A stretch of 63,768 bases of DNA, counting the filler, from Octopus bimaculoides (Eukaryota): NCBI RefSeq assembly GCF_001194135.2. It is 6 parts of 6 records of this genome, joined end to end, with 100 filler letters (N's around TTAATTAATTAA, not from the genome) between each part and the next. Parts side by side here need not be neighbours in the genome. Positions count along the whole stretch, not along the records: positions 1 to 26,974 come from NC_068984.1; 5 more parts are not named here. One strand, written 5' to 3'. Of this stretch, positions 1 to 12,910 are shown in pieces (the stretch's first letter is position 1; each line of letters begins with the position of its first letter). Below the pieces are notes generated by a model. It saw only the letters and a list, made by a program, of their open reading frames with translations. It was not told the origin of the DNA and ran no database searches. The translations under genes and the position numbers were made by a program.

Positions 1-770
1 ATATATATACATACATACATATATTGTGTATTTGTGCGTATATATAGCTATGTAGGTAAGTATGTATATTTCTATGCATATGTGTGCATGTGTGTGTGTG
101 CACGTGTAAATACGTTTGTATATAAATGTATATACATATATTTATATACACATACGCTCACTCACAAACATATATGCATGCATGTATTCAGTGTTGATGT
201 ATCTTATCTTGATATACATACATGCACAAATACGTGTGTATGTGTGTGTGTGTATGTGTGAACTGTGGCTATTTCTTAGCCTATCTTCTACCAAGAAGCA
301 AAGAGTTGGACAGTTCAACCAAAGTTTGCTTACATGCCATTGCTATTCTATTGTAAATGTATCTTAATAGAGATTAGACGAACGTTAACACTCGCAATTA
401 ATTTGACAGCATCATTCTGTATAGACTTACCATCCACAGGCGATTGACTACGGTATTATTTTCTCCACAAACGTACACTGAACAGTATCCGTTGTTCAAT
501 ACACGTGTGTTTGCGATTGTATCTTCAAGAATAGCTATAGCACAAGCCGTAATGTATATGTAACCGCTTTGAGTATATATTATACTATAGTGTTACCCAA
601 TTTATGACGGGTAACTTTGGTAATACCATTTTGCCAATATGTATAATATCAGATGTTACAATAATTAACTTTTAACTTTCAGCAAATTTCATGATAATTT
701 TACATACTCTAAAAGCAAAATATTTAATTACCCTGTTATGTATTTTAATATTTTTCCCCCATCTAGGTTT

Positions 771-777
<7 letters not shown>

Positions 778-843
<66 letters not shown>

Positions 844-1031
844 NNNNNNNNNNNNNNNNNNNNNNNNNNNNNNNNNNNNNNNNNNNNNNNNNNNNNNNNN
901 NNNNNNNNNNNNNNNNNNNNNNNNNNNNNNNNNNNNNNNNNNNNNNNNNNNNNNNNNNNNNNNNNNNNNNNNNNNNNNNNNNNNNNNNNNNNNNNNNNNN
1001 NNNNNNNNNNNNNNNNNNNNNNNNNNNNNNN

Positions 1032-1080
<49 letters not shown>

Positions 1081-1094
1081 TCTCTCTCTCTCTT
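778..1094. repeat. (CT)n microsatellite spanning a gap
   Basis: Direct reading. It explains the SLSL/ERER ORFs. Confidence 0.97.
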
Positions 1095-1336
1095 TCAACC
1101 CGTGTGTATTACGTTTCTTTACGTATTGCCTCTCACGAAGCCTAGCAGGAACACTTATACTGCACCTGTTTTATTAATACCCTGTCTGTGTTTTTTCCCG
1201 GTTTTTACATATGATGTAAACCGTAACTGGAGAAACCAACCAAAAAGACCAACCAATCAATCAACCAACTGACTGACCGACCAACCAACAAACCATCTAA
1301 AATTTGTGTCGGTAATCATTATCTAGATCTACAAGT

Positions 1337-1537
1337 TGACGAGCTGGCAGAATCTTTAGCACGCTAGATGAAGTGCTTAGCAGTATTTCGCCCGTCGCTA
1401 CGTTCTGAGTTCAAATTCCGCCGGGATCGACTTTGCTTTTCATCCCCTCAGGGTCGATAAAATAAGTACCAGTTAAATACTGAGGTCGATGTAATCAACT
1501 CCTACCCAAGTTGCCTTTGTAGCAAAAATTTGAAATA
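1337..1537 (+). mobile_element. tRNA-derived SINE family A (GGCGAGCTGGCAGAA head; central GACTTTGCCTTTCATCC...GTCGATAAAATAAGTACCAG, Meta-SINE-like domain as recalled)
   Basis: Head GAGCTGGCAGAA, B-box-like GAGTTCAAATT, and a central block shared with about 10 other copies in the window. Confidence 0.85.
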
Positions 1538-1611
1538 ACTTTTTTTTTAGAAATACGCGTCCAGTGAACAAAGAGAATAGTTAAAGCGTAAAATATTATA
1601 ATTTTTTGGCT

Positions 1612-1822
1612 TTTTACTCGTTTCAGCCATTTCAGCCCTACTGGAGCAAGGCCTTAAATGATTTTTAGTCGAATGTATGGAGCGCAATATTTATTTCTTT
1701 AAAGCCTGGTACTTATTTTATCGTTCGTTTTGCCGAACCGCTATTTTACATGAACGTAAACACGCTAAGACTCGCTGTCATCAGTGGTGGGGAACAAACA
1801 CAGACACGAAGACACACACGCA

Positions 1823-1857
<35 letters not shown>

Positions 1858-1908
1858 GTGCGTGTGTGTTTGTGAGCGTATATATATATAGATATATAAA
1901 TATATATA

Positions 1909-1965
<57 letters not shown>

Positions 1966-2110
1966 GTGTGTGTGTGTGTGTGTGCGTGCGTGTACGATGG
2001 GATTTTTCAGATTCTGTCTACTAAATCTGCGCGAGGCTATACTAGGTGCTACACAGCGAGACTGAAACCGGAACGTTCTTGTTGGGAAGCAAGCTTACCA
2101 CACAGCCACG
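1612..2110 (-). mobile_element. SINE family B (ATAGGCGCAGGAGTGG-type head, internal microsatellite), diverged
   Basis: Colinear with the copy at 9028-9455: tail TTTTACT-GTTTCAGCCATT, TTTGCCGAACCGCT, internal (TG)n, head CTTACCACACAGCCAC. Confidence 0.8.
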
Positions 2111-2963
2111 CGTAATTCGTTTCTGGTTTTAACACCCCGAGTTGAAATTCTGCCAAGGTGAACAGTGACATTGTTTCAGGAAGCGACAAATTTAGATACC
2201 GGTCAAGCAGTGGCGTTAGTGTATGATATCGACTAGCCACTGCCTACAAAAACTACCGTCCTTCTAACTAAATTAAAAACAATCGCATATCATATATGTA
2301 TTTATGAGACGCGTGACAGGCAAAGGTTTTCGACGTCATACGGTTCTCTTCGTTGTCAGTCAAGGTTTCCGCGGCTGCTGTACACGGAACAAAAAAAGAG
2401 AACGCTATTACTGAAATAAGGCACAGGAAAGGTTTTTCATGCTCCAACGCGGTAAAAGTGTAACTCATAGAGTCTCGGCGTTTCGGCCAACCTGTTCAGT
2501 TGAGGCTCGATTGAACGAGCTCATCGTCAAGGATCCTCATATTTCAAAATGTAACCACATGTGAATCGTTGGCGATTTTCTTTCTTCCGTCTTCCTTTTC
2601 TATTTAACTTTCCTTTGTTTCTGAAGAAGAGTTTTGCTCAAAAACGTGAAACCACCTTTCTTTCTTTCCCTGAGCGTCTGCTAATACTTTACATGTACCA
2701 CNNNNNNNNNNNNNNNNNNNNNNNNNNNNNNNNNNNNNNNNNNNNNNNNNNNNNNNNNNNNNNNNNNNNNNNNNNNNNNNNNNNNNNNNNNNNNNNNNNN
2801 NNNNNNNNNNNNNNNNNNNNNNNNNNNNNNNNNNNNNNNNNNNNNNNNNNNNNNNNNNNNNNNNNNNNNNNNNNNNNNNNNNNNNNNNNNNNNNNNNNNN
2901 NNNNNNNNNNNNNNNNNNNNNNNNNNNNNNNNNNNNNNNNNNNNNNNNNNNNNNNNNNNNNNN

Positions 2964-2998
<35 letters not shown>

Positions 2999-3679
2999 CT
3001 TTGAAAGTGGTGCCCCAGCACCGTCGCAGTCCAATGAATGAAACAACTAATATAAAAACAATAAAACAATATAGTCTGCGATGCGTGTTAGTACCGTCAT
3101 TTCATATTCCATTCTTGCAAATACTAGTGTCTACACAAAGCTCATCTGTAGCTAGAATCAAACATTATGTTTCTGCTTATAGCACAGATTATTTCCGCTA
3201 TTGTTAGCTTTTACGCTGGTTTACTTCCTGTTTAACGAGCTTTGCGAGTTATTGGCCATTGAGTGATTATGTCGGTTCTCTCATGTTTTTTAGAAATCGA
3301 ATTTCACTTTTGTATTTTGTTTTCCAAACATTTTAGTCTTGTTTTTTTTTCTCATCTGTGTCTCTTATTCCATTGTAGCTGGTTTCCTGTTTGTGTTTTG
3401 TCGTTTCCTTGTATAAAATAAATATTTTTGCTAAAATTGCTTCCATATATTTTCATCAGCTTCCGAACATCATAATAATTCATTTTTTGCAATACATTAC
3501 GTATGGACTATCAACAGCTACAAGTTCGCCACTGCGAAGATGTGAGAAATACCGACGTATGACGACTTACATATTCTAAAGAATCCAATTTGCAGAAAGT
3601 GTTAAGGGCTGAAAGTGATTGGTCGCAGCTTCTTCGCCGTGTATTTGAGGAAATCCTATATCTGGATTGTTTACTAAAC

Positions 3680-3725
<46 letters not shown>

Positions 3726-5279
3726 ACATATATACATATATACAAGTAGAAAATGCTGGTAGTTTTTCATGTGAATATGATAAGGATGTTCACGGGTATA
3801 TACTACTGTTACGACCTACAATTACGAATCACTCTTTAATATCAACATTGCCAGAAAGGATCAATTGATTATGACCACTGGTGCTGCAAGAAAGAAACAA
3901 TAGACCGCTGTCTCTGCTAGCAGAATTTTGCGAGTACGTACAAATATAGCATTTGATACCGCTGTTTAATTTCTGAGTGCAAATCCAGCCGAATTAAAAA
4001 TTTCTTCTCTATTTGTGGGTGTTGCTAATGTAAAATAATGGCCAAGAATTAAAGCCGATTTAATCGCCCAATATCCACCGCATCAAAATTACTGGTATTG
4101 TGCCGAAATTAAGAAACAAATATTTGTACTTGTAGCAGTAAGAGTCACAGAATTGGTTGTCGTTGTGCTTCTATTCTTGTAGCTGGTAGTATATTTTTTA
4201 GGTAAATTATTTTATAGAAATTATATTTGTGTTACATTGGACCATTTTGAATTCCTCCGCTTTCTTTCCTTCAAATATTATCTTGCTAGACAAAATTAAC
4301 AGAAAGACACAAATACTTACTATTTCATGAACTTATTGCCGCCATAATTTTGGGTTTATTTTTAGTTTTATTATTTTTCTCTCTGCTTGGTATTTTATTG
4401 AGTCTTGTCAAAAAAACTGACAACAATGTCTGTCTGTTCTAAGCTTTGCGGACATTAAGCTGTATATTTTTCTCTATAAAATATTAGATTATTATTATCA
4501 TCATTATTGTTTTTGATGTTGTTGTTGTTGTTATTTTATTATTGTTTCGATGGTCATTGCTAACGATTTGAAAACCGAGGACAAATTATGGTTCTTGAGG
4601 TATCTAAATTATATTTCCTTCGATAAAATATAAACATATGTCTAGCGACAATCAGTTGTAGCGCCAACAAAAGACCGGAAATGATTCTCAAAATTCAACT
4701 AATTTTTGGTACCTACCTGTCAGGGAGAGACGAAATCAAGTCAAAACAACATGTTTTGTGATACTTTGGTGGTGTGAGCAAAAAACTGTTTCTCTGAAAC
4801 AAAATGTTATAGCTATTTCTATATACACAATATAAGTATTATCAACGTTATCATTTCTTCGAGTTTGCTTGAACATATTTAACCTGCACACGCCATCTAT
4901 CGTTCGCCTGCATGAGTCGTGTGAGAAGCATTAGTTCGGAGAGGGATCATGCGTTCTCTAGTGAATTGATCTACATGCATTGTGTTCGAACGACATGTTC
5001 GAGTACGGCTCTGCTTTAGAATCCATAGGCGTGGCTCACCTACCATCTCGTTTAGTTCGCCAGAAATGTTTCGCAAAGCGTAGCTACCTTTATTATGGTA
5101 GACACAAGCAAGAGATTTCTATACACCTGTTTCTTGGTGCGATGAGTTCTCCAAGATATATACAACAGTATTTTAATCTAAAGCTGTTTCAAGTGTCCAT
5201 ATTTAGGTAATTCCGTCTAGTCTTCCTACAATGACCGTAAATGTTGATATTAAGGAGTGATTCGTAATGGTAGGTCGTA

Positions 5280-5358
5280 ACAGTAGTAGAGCAACAGTAG
5301 TAGAGCAACAGTAGTAGAGCAACAGTAGTAGAGCAACAGTAGTAGAGCAACAGTAGTA
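5280..5358. repeat. 14-bp tandem repeat CAGTAGTAGAGCAA x5
   Basis: Five direct copies. The period is not a multiple of 3. Confidence 0.9.
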
Positions 5359-5729
5359 GTAGTGATAGTGGTATTGGCTGCATAAGTCTCACTAGTTCGG
5401 GCGCTACTGGCAGCAGTAGCGGTTTAAGTAGTAGGCGTAGTAGAAGTACCGGGGAAAATTATTGAATCCGTGTGTTAAAAATCCTTTACTCGCCTCCTGC
5501 TACTGTTTCTACTACTATTCTGACCAAGGATTCATTTGAGTGAGACCAATACACAATACCATTTGAATTTTGTAAGAAAAACAAGAATTTTATTTGACAA
5601 GTTCGAGAAAGGAACGAAAGCGTTAATAATAATGAAGAAATAAAAAGATTTTTTTTCAAAAATTCTGTGGACATGTTTTCTCAATATTCAATATCTGAAC
5701 ATCTCACCTAACACTCTATGCATATATAT

Positions 5730-5787
<58 letters not shown>

Positions 5788-6214
5788 NNNNNNNNNNNNN
5801 NNNNNNNNNNNNNNNNNNNNNNNNNNNNNNNNNNNNNNNNNNNNNNNNNNNNNNNNNNNNNNNNNNNNNNNNNNNNNNNNNNNNNNNNNNNNNNNNNNNN
5901 NNNNNNNNNNNNNNNNNNNNNNNNNNNNNNNNNNNNNNNNNNNNNNNNNNNNNNNNNNNNNNNNNNNNNNNNNNNNNNNNNNNNNNNNNNNNNNNNNNNN
6001 NNNNNNNNNNNNNNNNNNNNNNNNNNNNNNNNNNNNNNNNNNNNNNNNNNNNNNNNNNNNNNNNNNNNNNNNNNNNNNNNNNNNNNNNNNNNNNNNNNNN
6101 NNNNNNNNNNNNNNNNNNNNNNNNNNNNNNNNNNNNNNNNNNNNNNNNNNNNNNNNNNNNNNNNNNNNNNNNNNNNNNNNNNNNNNNNNNNNNNNNNNNN
6201 ATATTTTATCAATA

Positions 6215-6690
6215 ACTGGTTTCAGTCCGGGGCTAAGGACATGCTGGTACACCACCTGTCGTTACCCTGTGTTGTTTCCGGTATTGTTTTTGGTGAACTA
6301 ACGAGTTGGACGGAACTGCACTTCTTTGCGTCTCCTGCCGCGATGTGGCTTCATCTGGTATCTCAGATAAAAACCTGTCCAGACGTTCCTGGAAAACTTC
6401 TACATCACCACTATGTAGTTCTCTAAGGTTGCCTGGAAGGATGTTAAACAATTGCGGGTCCTTCAAACATAGACTATTGCAGTATTGTGTTTTTATTTTA
6501 GATGGGGAAGACGGGATCCTTGGTATGATGCACTGTCGTCCATTTCGAGGATTGATATACCGGTCAATTCCAAAATTCGGAGCTAAACCCTCCAAGATCT
6601 TCCAGTATATATATATAACAGTATATATCTCTCATCTTCTCTCCAGGGCATAAAGACTCAGCTTCTTTAGCCTCTCCCCTTAGCCCATCT
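6215..6690 (-). mobile_element. CR1-clade LINE 3' end (RT C-terminal region), degenerate
   Basis: Minus translation ...KILEGLAPNFG...GRQCIIP...NSLCLKDPQLFNILPGNLR...FQERLDRFLSEIPDE fits the CR1 ORF2 C-terminal pattern (GPxLFNxLP...FKxxLDxFL..PD). YALERR lies upstream. Confidence 0.8.
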
Positions 6691-7662
6691 TTTGCATCGA
6701 GTCAATTTTCTTTACGTATTGGCGCTACATTGCTTCGATTTCCAGTTTGTTTCACATTCTCTGGGGACCATAGCTGGGAGCAGTAGTCCAAGCAGCCAGT
6801 ATGTATGTGTACATATATACACACATACACACATATACGCATCATACATACATACAAACATATATACATACATATATACATAATACATACATACATATGT
6901 ATATAATGACACAATGTTTCTTAAGAGAGACAGACAGGTGGGTGAGCTAATTTCCATATTGTTGTTATTAAGACGACTGATAAACATCTGGAAATATTGA
7001 CTTAAATACTACATATTTAACAATTCTAACCTCTCGAGCAAAATCTCATTTTCATGCATAATGTTATTCTATATTCGAGTTTTGAATTATCAATGAATAT
7101 AATAAATATATTAATTATATTCCGAACGCTGGTCTTTAATTTTAATAGTCTTCCTGAATTATTCATCTACTTAAAATATTAATTCGTCTTTATTTTTTCG
7201 CATAGATAATAAGAGCGTGGCATGTTATTGAACATCTAGGAGTTGATTTACGTTAAATGTACTTCAACAATAAACACCTAATTTATTTGTTACTATTAAT
7301 GTGTCTTTGTTACTATTAGGGATGTTACGATCTTATTGCTACGAACATTCAACTACAATATTAGCCATAGTAACGTGTGTTGCTCTGAAATGCTCGTTCG
7401 GACCTAATGATATATGTTCTGTGATAAGATGGTCTGTATGATTTGTTTCGAATGTGGCTGGAATAAATTATGCATTGAAATTAATTTTGATTAATGCAGT
7501 TGAGGATAATAATTTATCGATAGCAATTCAGTTGATTATCCTTATATTTTATGTAAATTTAGTTCTTTACGCCAACTGATGTCGTTCAATTTTGCATAGC
7601 AAACAAAGCGGTAGCTTGAACGGTATTGAAACATCATTATGCGCCCTCCATACATTATCGCG

Positions 7663-7705
<43 letters not shown>

Positions 7706-7796
7706 ACACACTCACACACACACACACACTCACACACACACACACACTCACACACACACTCACATACACACACACTTATATATAGGAGTAATTCAT

Positions 7797-8302
7797 GTGG
7801 AGCTGTGTCAAGCAGAGTTGAGTGAAGCGAAGCTGAGTCAGGCGAAACTGAGTCTGCTGGAGCTGAGTCAAGTGAAGCTGAGTCAAGCGGAGCTGAGGCA
7901 AGTGGAGTTGAAGCAAACGAAGCTGAGCCAAGCAGAGCTGAGTCAAGCCGAGCTGAGTCAAGCAGAGCTGAGTCAGGCGAATATGAGTCAAGTGAAGCTG
8001 AATCAAGCGGAGCTGAGTCAAATGGAGCTGAGTCAAACGGAGCTGAGTCAAATGGAGTCGAGTCAAATGGAGTTGAGTCAGGCAGATATGAGTCAATTGA
8101 AGCGGAGTCGAGTGAAGGTGAGTCAAGTGGAGCTGAGTCAAGTGGAGTTGAATCAAGTGAAGCTGAGTCAAGTGAAGCTGAGTCAAATGAAGCTGTGTCA
8201 AGTAGAGTTGAGCCAAGCGGAGCTGGGTCAAGCGGAGCTGAGTCAAGCGGAGCTGAGTCAAGCGGAGCTGAGTCAAGTGGAGCTGAGTCAAGCGGAGCTG
8301 AT
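7797..8302. repeat. 15-bp-period minisatellite (GAGCTGAGTCAAGCG)n, about 34 diverged units, possibly coding
   Basis: Direct reading. No indels break the period. It translates as (ELSQA)n or (SGAES)n on + and (SAPLD)n or (LTQLR)n on -. Confidence 0.95.
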
Positions 8303-9027
8303 TCTTTGACCAGTAAGTTTGGAAACGGGGCGATTATTTGTAAGAATCGTCTGGTATTTTTATACAGTTTAATTAACAGTTTTCTTGTATAATGCAATTT
8401 TCCCAATCGAGCAGCTTCTTGAAAGAGTCAAATTGGACGTGACTTATTCGAAATGTCTACAGTAAATTGTTCATTTACATTGTTTCGTTATTCCTTGCGT
8501 TTTCATATGTCGTCCGTAATTGCGAGTAGCAGTAATCTAATGCATTTGTATGCATAGTGTCGAACACAGCCTTACTGGCACGTCGTCAATAACTTGACTT
8601 CAACAATATGATCACGTTTTGAAGAGATTTTGCTGGGCTGTATCTACTACGTATCGATAGAAACTCTGGATCAATTTTATTGGAAATTAACTTTGTTATA
8701 CTAACAACTTACTATCTCCGACATTCAGTCATAATTACCACTTACTTCTTGTCTGTACAATGGTGATTATCAAGGTCATTTGCATATTTTGAATGGAAAA
8801 TTAAAGGTAACTTATTGAAGTTTGAAAAATAGTTTGAGCAGTGATAACACTGAATATTGTTTGAATGCAACCATAGTATCTACTTTAGCAAGACGAGATT
8901 GGAGCAGGCGTTACGTTAAGTCTGCAACAATTCGATATTCCTAGTATTACAGTTCTATATTTAAGAGATGAGAAATTTTGTACATTATTTACATTATTTA
9001 CATTTTTTACATTGTCATGTTCAAGGC

Positions 9028-9455
9028 TATTCTTTTATTCTTTTACTTGTTTCAGTCATTTGACTGCGGCCATGCTGGAGCACCGCCTTTAGTCGAGCAA
9101 ATCGACACCAGGACTTATTTTTTGTAAGCCTAGTACTTATTCTATCGGTCACTTTTGCCGAACCACTAGGTTACGGGGACGTAAACACACCAGCATCGGT
9201 TGTCAATCGATGTTCGGGGGACAAACACAGACATACAAACATATACACACACATACACACACATACACATACATATATATATACATATATACGAGGGGCT
9301 TCTTTCAGTTTCCGTCGCCCAAATCCACTAACAAGACTTTAATCGGCCCGAGGCTGCAGTAGAAGACACTTGCCCAAGTGCCACGCAGTGGGACTGAACC
9401 CGGAACCATGTAGTCGGTAAGCAAGCTTCTTGCCCCAAGCCACTCTTACGCCTAT
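9028..9455 (-). mobile_element. SINE family B, near full length
   Basis: On the minus strand, ATAGGCGTAAGAGTGGC...GGTTCCGGGTTCAGTCCC (B-box-like) head, internal (CA/TA)n, tail ...GAAACAAGTAAAAGAATA. Confidence 0.9.
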
Positions 9456-10012
9456 AGATACAATACGTTGTGTCATTTATGATTCTTAATGTTCGATTGA
9501 TTTCTGTCTTTATTCCAGCAAATGTGTCGTGGGAAAAACTGAGATATAATTATGCAATTAGTGAACATCTTTGAGACAATCTGGGAATTACCAAGTGATT
9601 TACAAATTTACTAATCAGAGAATAGTATGATTGTCAGACAGGATACGGAGGACACTAGAAAGCTTTTGTTGATTGTTTCCTTTACATTGTTCTCTTTGCA
9701 GAGTGACACTTCGTTATGGCGTTTAATAAATTCTGATGTTTAGTTAACAATTAAAATACTACTCTGAAAAGAAAAAAAAAAGGAAAGAAAAGATAAACGA
9801 TTGAAATGTATGAATTTGTCTTCGACTCAAAACTACGAATAGGTTATCATTCTAGTTTGGTCTTTTTAATAACATAAGGTGGAAAAGCAGAACCTATAAA
9901 CTTTCTTAGTAATAACTACGTGCCTCTACACACATCTGTCTATTTGGAAGATATATATGTGTGTGTGTGTGTGTGTGCGTATGTATATATACATAATGCA
10001 TACATATATCTA

Positions 10013-10139
10013 CAGGGTGTCCAAAACGTCTGGGTACACGGAGTAAATAAAATCATAACATAAACAATTAAAAATAATAAATAATAATTTCTTAAAGTAT
10101 GTGTTAATCCCCATGTACCCAGACTTTGTGGACACTCTA
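10013..10139. mobile_element. Tc1/mariner-type MITE (~127 bp), TA target
   Basis: TIRs CAGGGTGTCCAAAACGTCTGGGTACACGG / CCATGTACCCAGACTTTGTGGACACTCTA (imperfect, ~29 bp), flanked by TA. Confidence 0.8.
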
Positions 10140-10162
10140 TATAATTGTATGCAGGTCTGTCC

Positions 10163-10169
10163 AGCAGCG

Positions 10170-10247
<78 letters not shown>

Positions 10248-10280
10248 ATGGTGGTGGTGATGGCGGTGGTAGTAGTAGTT
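10163..10280. repeat. Compound (GCA)n(GTA)n(GGT)n microsatellite
   Basis: Direct reading. It explains the poly-S/V/L ORFs. Confidence 0.95.
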
Positions 10281-10439
10281 TGAATGCTACAAAAGTGACC
10301 AAAGTCAAGCGGGTATTATCCATACTAACTTAAACATTCTGCTGGTTAAGATATAAACAGTACATACGTCCATTTGGCAACTCTGTTTTTCTGTTCGTTC
10401 TACGAAATCCACATATACATGGGCACCAACAAGAATCTA

Positions 10440-10716
10440 CGTACAGTCTCAAAGAGGTTTGATCCCATGCTGCTGTGGAGATACTCACAAACCAAAGAGA
10501 AAGAGGATAACTACGAACAATTGCTTCGAAACTTCCAGATTATAAATTCGCATTTATAACAATAATAATTCGCATATTATTGGGGAATGAAAGCCTAAAT
10601 GAAAATTTGGATAATATAGGGCGTTCAGAAAAAGAAATCAATCAACTAACACTCTCATTACAGATGCAGTCTGCAAGTGGAACAGTAAAAATATGCAAGA
10701 CTTTTCTCAACTTCAA
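10440..10716 (+). mobile_element. R4/Dong-like (REL endonuclease) LINE 3' relic, same subfamily as 55465-55830
   Basis: EKEDNYEQLLRNFQ... and LQMQSASGTVKICKTFLNF match EKENIYAELLRNLQ...LHIQSITGTVKICKTFQKF. Frameshifted. Confidence 0.7.
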
Positions 10717-11174
10717 AATGTGACATCGTTTTGTATTTTACATTGAAATGTTGGAGTATATATNNNNNNNNNNNNNNNNNNNNNNNNNNNNNNNNNNNNN
10801 NNNNNNNNNNNNNNNNNNNNNNNNNNNNNNNNNNNNNNNNNNNNNNNNNNNNNNNNNNNNNNNNNNNNNNNNNNNNNNNNNNNNNNNNNNNNNNNNNNNN
10901 NNNNNNNNNNNNNNNNNNNNNNNNNNNNNNNNNNNNNNNNNNNNNNNNNNNNNNNNNNNNNNNNNNNNNNNNNNNNNNNNNNNNNNNNNNNNNNNNNNNN
11001 NNNNNNNNNNNNNNNNNNNNNNNNNNNNNNNNNNNNNNNNNNNNNNNNNNNNNNNNNNNNNNNNNNNNNNNNNNNNNNNNNNNNNNNNNNNNNNNNNNNN
11101 NNNNNNNNNNNNNNNNNNNNNNNNNNNNNNNNNNNNNNNNNNNNNNNNNNNNNNNNNNNNTATATACATACATA

Positions 11175-11370
11175 TTTTCATATTTTTAAATCTCTCTAAA
11201 AGACACTACGACAGTAGTACTGGATACGAATAGTTATCGCCAAGCTAACATGGCATTTCAGAAAAATAGGACGAATCGCCATGTTAGCTTGGCGATAACT
11301 GTTCGTATCCAGTACTACTGTCGTAGTCTCTTTTAGAGAGATTTTAAAATATTAATATTTATATAAATAT
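11175..11370. repeat. Long near-perfect inverted repeat (about 70-bp arms, 23-nt spacer)
   Basis: 11185-11254 is the reverse complement of 11278-11348 with about 2 mismatches. Confidence 0.95.
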
Positions 11371-12240
11371 GAAATTGAGGTAGTATATTTACTATGTTGC
11401 AGATACTTAAGCACATTCTTAAGGATGTTTGTCAAATGCAACTCTTAATATATCGCCTTCTGTATTAAAATCGTAAAGAACTTGCCACAGATATTATAAT
11501 ATGCTGCCAAAAAATATGAAGAGATTATTATATGACAATAATAGCAATTTCACGCTTGACAATCATTTTATTACCTCTTCCAATGAAATAGTAAATGACC
11601 TAAAAATACAATCGATTTCAGATCATTCTTTAATATCGTCTCTTCAAGTCAGAGATATCGATCACATTGTGTAAGATTGAACTCAGGTGAGATGCATATC
11701 GCATAAAATTATTCGCAATGTGAAAACCAACAACGCTGAGTACAATAGTCAATAGTTAACGTCATATTTTTATAAAGACCCACGGAAAAACTGACGATAA
11801 CCTTTCTTACTTGGGTTAGTGTAGCAAACCTTTGTTTCCTATTGTTTCAGTTAAATCACGTGGGCAACATTCCTAACAATTATTGAAAGTAATTATAAAT
11901 AACATTGTGAATCTCACTGGTGTCGCGCAGGGTTTAGACACCATTATCATTGATAATGTTATCGTCACTATAGCGACGATACATTGAAACTGACATTATT
12001 ACAAAAACGTCCATGTTGAATGGGTATTTTTGTTTATTAAGGAAATAAACTTTCATAGACAAGGTTGCGATCAGGGGAAATGGTAAAAATTGATGAATTA
12101 GATGTGCAATTCCAAAAGGTTATCTGAAATCGATACCCTTGTGCTGTTCTGAGATGATTTACCTCACCTTGACAACAACTATTCTCGATGCAATGTATAT
12201 TAAACCCAGAAACAGCCATTCTCAATATAAGCCAAGTTTA

Positions 12241-12460
12241 AGGCGGCTAACTAATAGATTCTTTAGCATGACGGACAAAATGCTGCAAAGCATTTTATCC
12301 GGCTCTTTACGTTCTGTGTTCAAATTCCGACGAGGTCCACTTTGCATTTCCTCCTTTCGGGTCTATAAAATTAGAACCAGTTGACTAACGGCGTCGATGT
12401 AATAGATGTAAACCTATACTAGAAATTGGTGGCTTTGTGTCAAAATTTGAAACTAATAAT
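12241..12460 (+). mobile_element. SINE family A, diverged
   Basis: GTTCAAATTCCGACGAGG...CTTTCGGGTCTATAAAATTAGAACCAG central block. Confidence 0.8.
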
Positions 12461-12780
12461 AACCACAATTTTCTTCAAAGTTCGAAACACAATCAGTGTT
12501 ATATAATCTGAATGCCTGTGTGGCAATAAGTTTGCTTCCCAGCAATATGGTTCCAGGAAGTCATGATATATATATATATATATNNNNNNNNNNNNNNNNN
12601 NNNNNNNNNNNNNNNNNNNNNNNNNNNNNNNNNNNNNNNNNNNNNNNNNNNNNNNNNNNNNNNNNNNNNNNNNNNNNNNNNNNNNNNNNNNNNNNNNNNN
12701 NNNNNNNNNNNNNNNNNNNNNNNNNNNNNNNNNNNNNNNNNNNNNNNNNNNNNNNNNNNNNNNNNNNNNNNNNNNNNNAT

Positions 12781-12905
12781 ATAGGAGCAGGAGTGGTTGT
12801 GCGGAAGTAGCTTCTTGCGCAAGTGTCTTCTACTATAACCCTGGGCCGACCAAAGCTTTGTGGGTGGATTTGGAAGACGAAAACTGAAGGAAGCTCGTCG
12901 TATAT
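12781..12905 (+). mobile_element. SINE family B 5' half with internal deletion
   Basis: ATAGGAGCAGGAGTGG...AAGTGTCTTCTACTATAACC...GGCCGACCAAAGC...GAAACTGAAGGAAGCTCGTCGTATA. Confidence 0.85.
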
Positions 12906-12910
12906 ATATA

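Noticed and set aside
3504-3680. KVLRAESDWSQLLRRVFEEI, faintly like a PLE GIY-YIG C-terminus
   Set aside because: No GIY or YIG motif upstream; similarity too weak.
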